64,000 bases of DNA, from assembly GCF_004010195.1 (NCBI RefSeq), contig NC_057718.1:88564233-88628232 (forward strand). Direction: 5' to 3'. This DNA comes from Chiloscyllium plagiosum. Taxonomy: Eukaryota. Below the pieces are notes generated by a model, which had not been told where the DNA came from, did not search any database, and worked only from the letters and a program-made list of their open reading frames with translations. A program made the translations under genes and the position numbers. Shown here in pieces: positions 62,921-64,000 of the stretch. Each line of letters begins with the position of its first letter. The first letter of the stretch is position 1.

Positions 62921-63919
62921 GGGAACACAGAAAAGATTAACATTTCACAGGATTTCATTCATACTGTTCTTGTGCACTTATCAGTGATTGACTCAAATAA
63001 CTCTACCTTGGTATTTTCTGTTCTCTGGTTAGGAATAGTTTTAGTTAGGGAATTAAACAAAAAAGGAGACATGTACGGGGTGGAGTTGCGGAGATTGAAG
63101 TTTATGTGCCTTTATCCACCTTGGTTTCAAATGCTTTAATTCACTTGGCTGATAAAAATCTGTTGTTCTCAGATTTAACTTAATAAATATGCTTGCTTAT
63201 GTTCCTTTTTGTGGAAGAGAATTCCAAACTTTTACTGCCATTTGAACGAAAAAGTGTTTCCTAATTTTTCTTCTGAACAGCCCGGTGCTGAATTTCAGGT
63301 CAAGATCTCTTGTTCTGGAATGCTTCATTAGCACAAAGGGTTTCTCAATATCTACTCAAACAATTCTTATCAATGAGCACTGAAGATACGGAGGACAATT
63401 GCAGCAAGATGGATGGGGGTTTAAGAAGAAAACAGCACCATGGGGCAAGCTGGCTGAAGACTTTGGCAGAACAGATCCAGTTTGAATGGCTTTTATTTGC
63501 AAATGGTGACTTGACATCAATGTGAGTCACATACCTTACTAACACCAAAGTACATTTATATAGCACCTTTAATGTAGTAAAATGTCAGAAAGTGTCTCAC
63601 AGGTTCATTACCAGACAAAGTCTGCCAACCAAGCCACCTGAGGAGATATTACAGCATGCAACAAAAAGCTCGGTCAAAGAAGTTTTAAACAATATCTTAA
63701 AGGAGGAAAGCAAGGTGGAGTGGCTTGGGGAGGAAATTCTAGGACATGTGGCTTAGGGCAATGGATGGCATAGCAATTATAAATTTTGGATGCACAGCAT
63801 GAGAAAATGGAAAAAGCACAGAAATCTTGTGGAGTTGCACTGCTGGGAAAGATTACAGAGATAGAAAGAAGTGAGACCACGGAGAGATTTCAAAAATAAG
63901 GGTAAGGATTTTAGAAATG

Positions 63920-64000
63920 GGGCAGCACTGCTGCCTCACAGGACCAGGTTCGATTCCAGCCTCGGGCAACTGTCTGTGTGGAGTATGTACATTCTCCCCG
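63920..64000 (+). mobile_element. HE1-like SINE 5' part, cut by the window end
   Basis: gcactgctgcctcacag..ggttcgattcc..gtgtggagt. Confidence 0.8.

Noticed and set aside
63385..63521. Possible exon ending at gtgagt
   Set aside because: No convincing acceptor and no recognisable product.

Overview
Repeat-dominated vertebrate genomic DNA, almost certainly from an elasmobranch (shark): HE1-type V-SINEs, DeuSINEs, CR1, L1, Rex1/Babar and Penelope elements, Harbinger transposase relics, pogo/Tigger-type MITEs and solo LTRs make up most of the window, and there is one 401-N assembly gap. Nearly all listed ORFs are decayed transposon fragments. The most unusual structure is a fragmented LTR retroelement at 17894-24848. 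It has a 5' LTR split by an L1 and a Penelope insertion, a gag zinc-knuckle remnant, no recognisable pol or env, three tandem estrogen-response-element palindromes, a PPT and a 3' LTR. Its ~800-bp LTR carries an unrecognised ORF, and a third LTR copy lies at 53646-54450. Penelope tails carry many minimal type-I hammerhead ribozyme motifs, some in fold-back mini-elements. A few non-repeat segments have splice-site-bounded open frames that may be exons of an unidentified host transcript. All family assignments come from motif recognition by eye, not database searches; most repeat boundaries are approximate.
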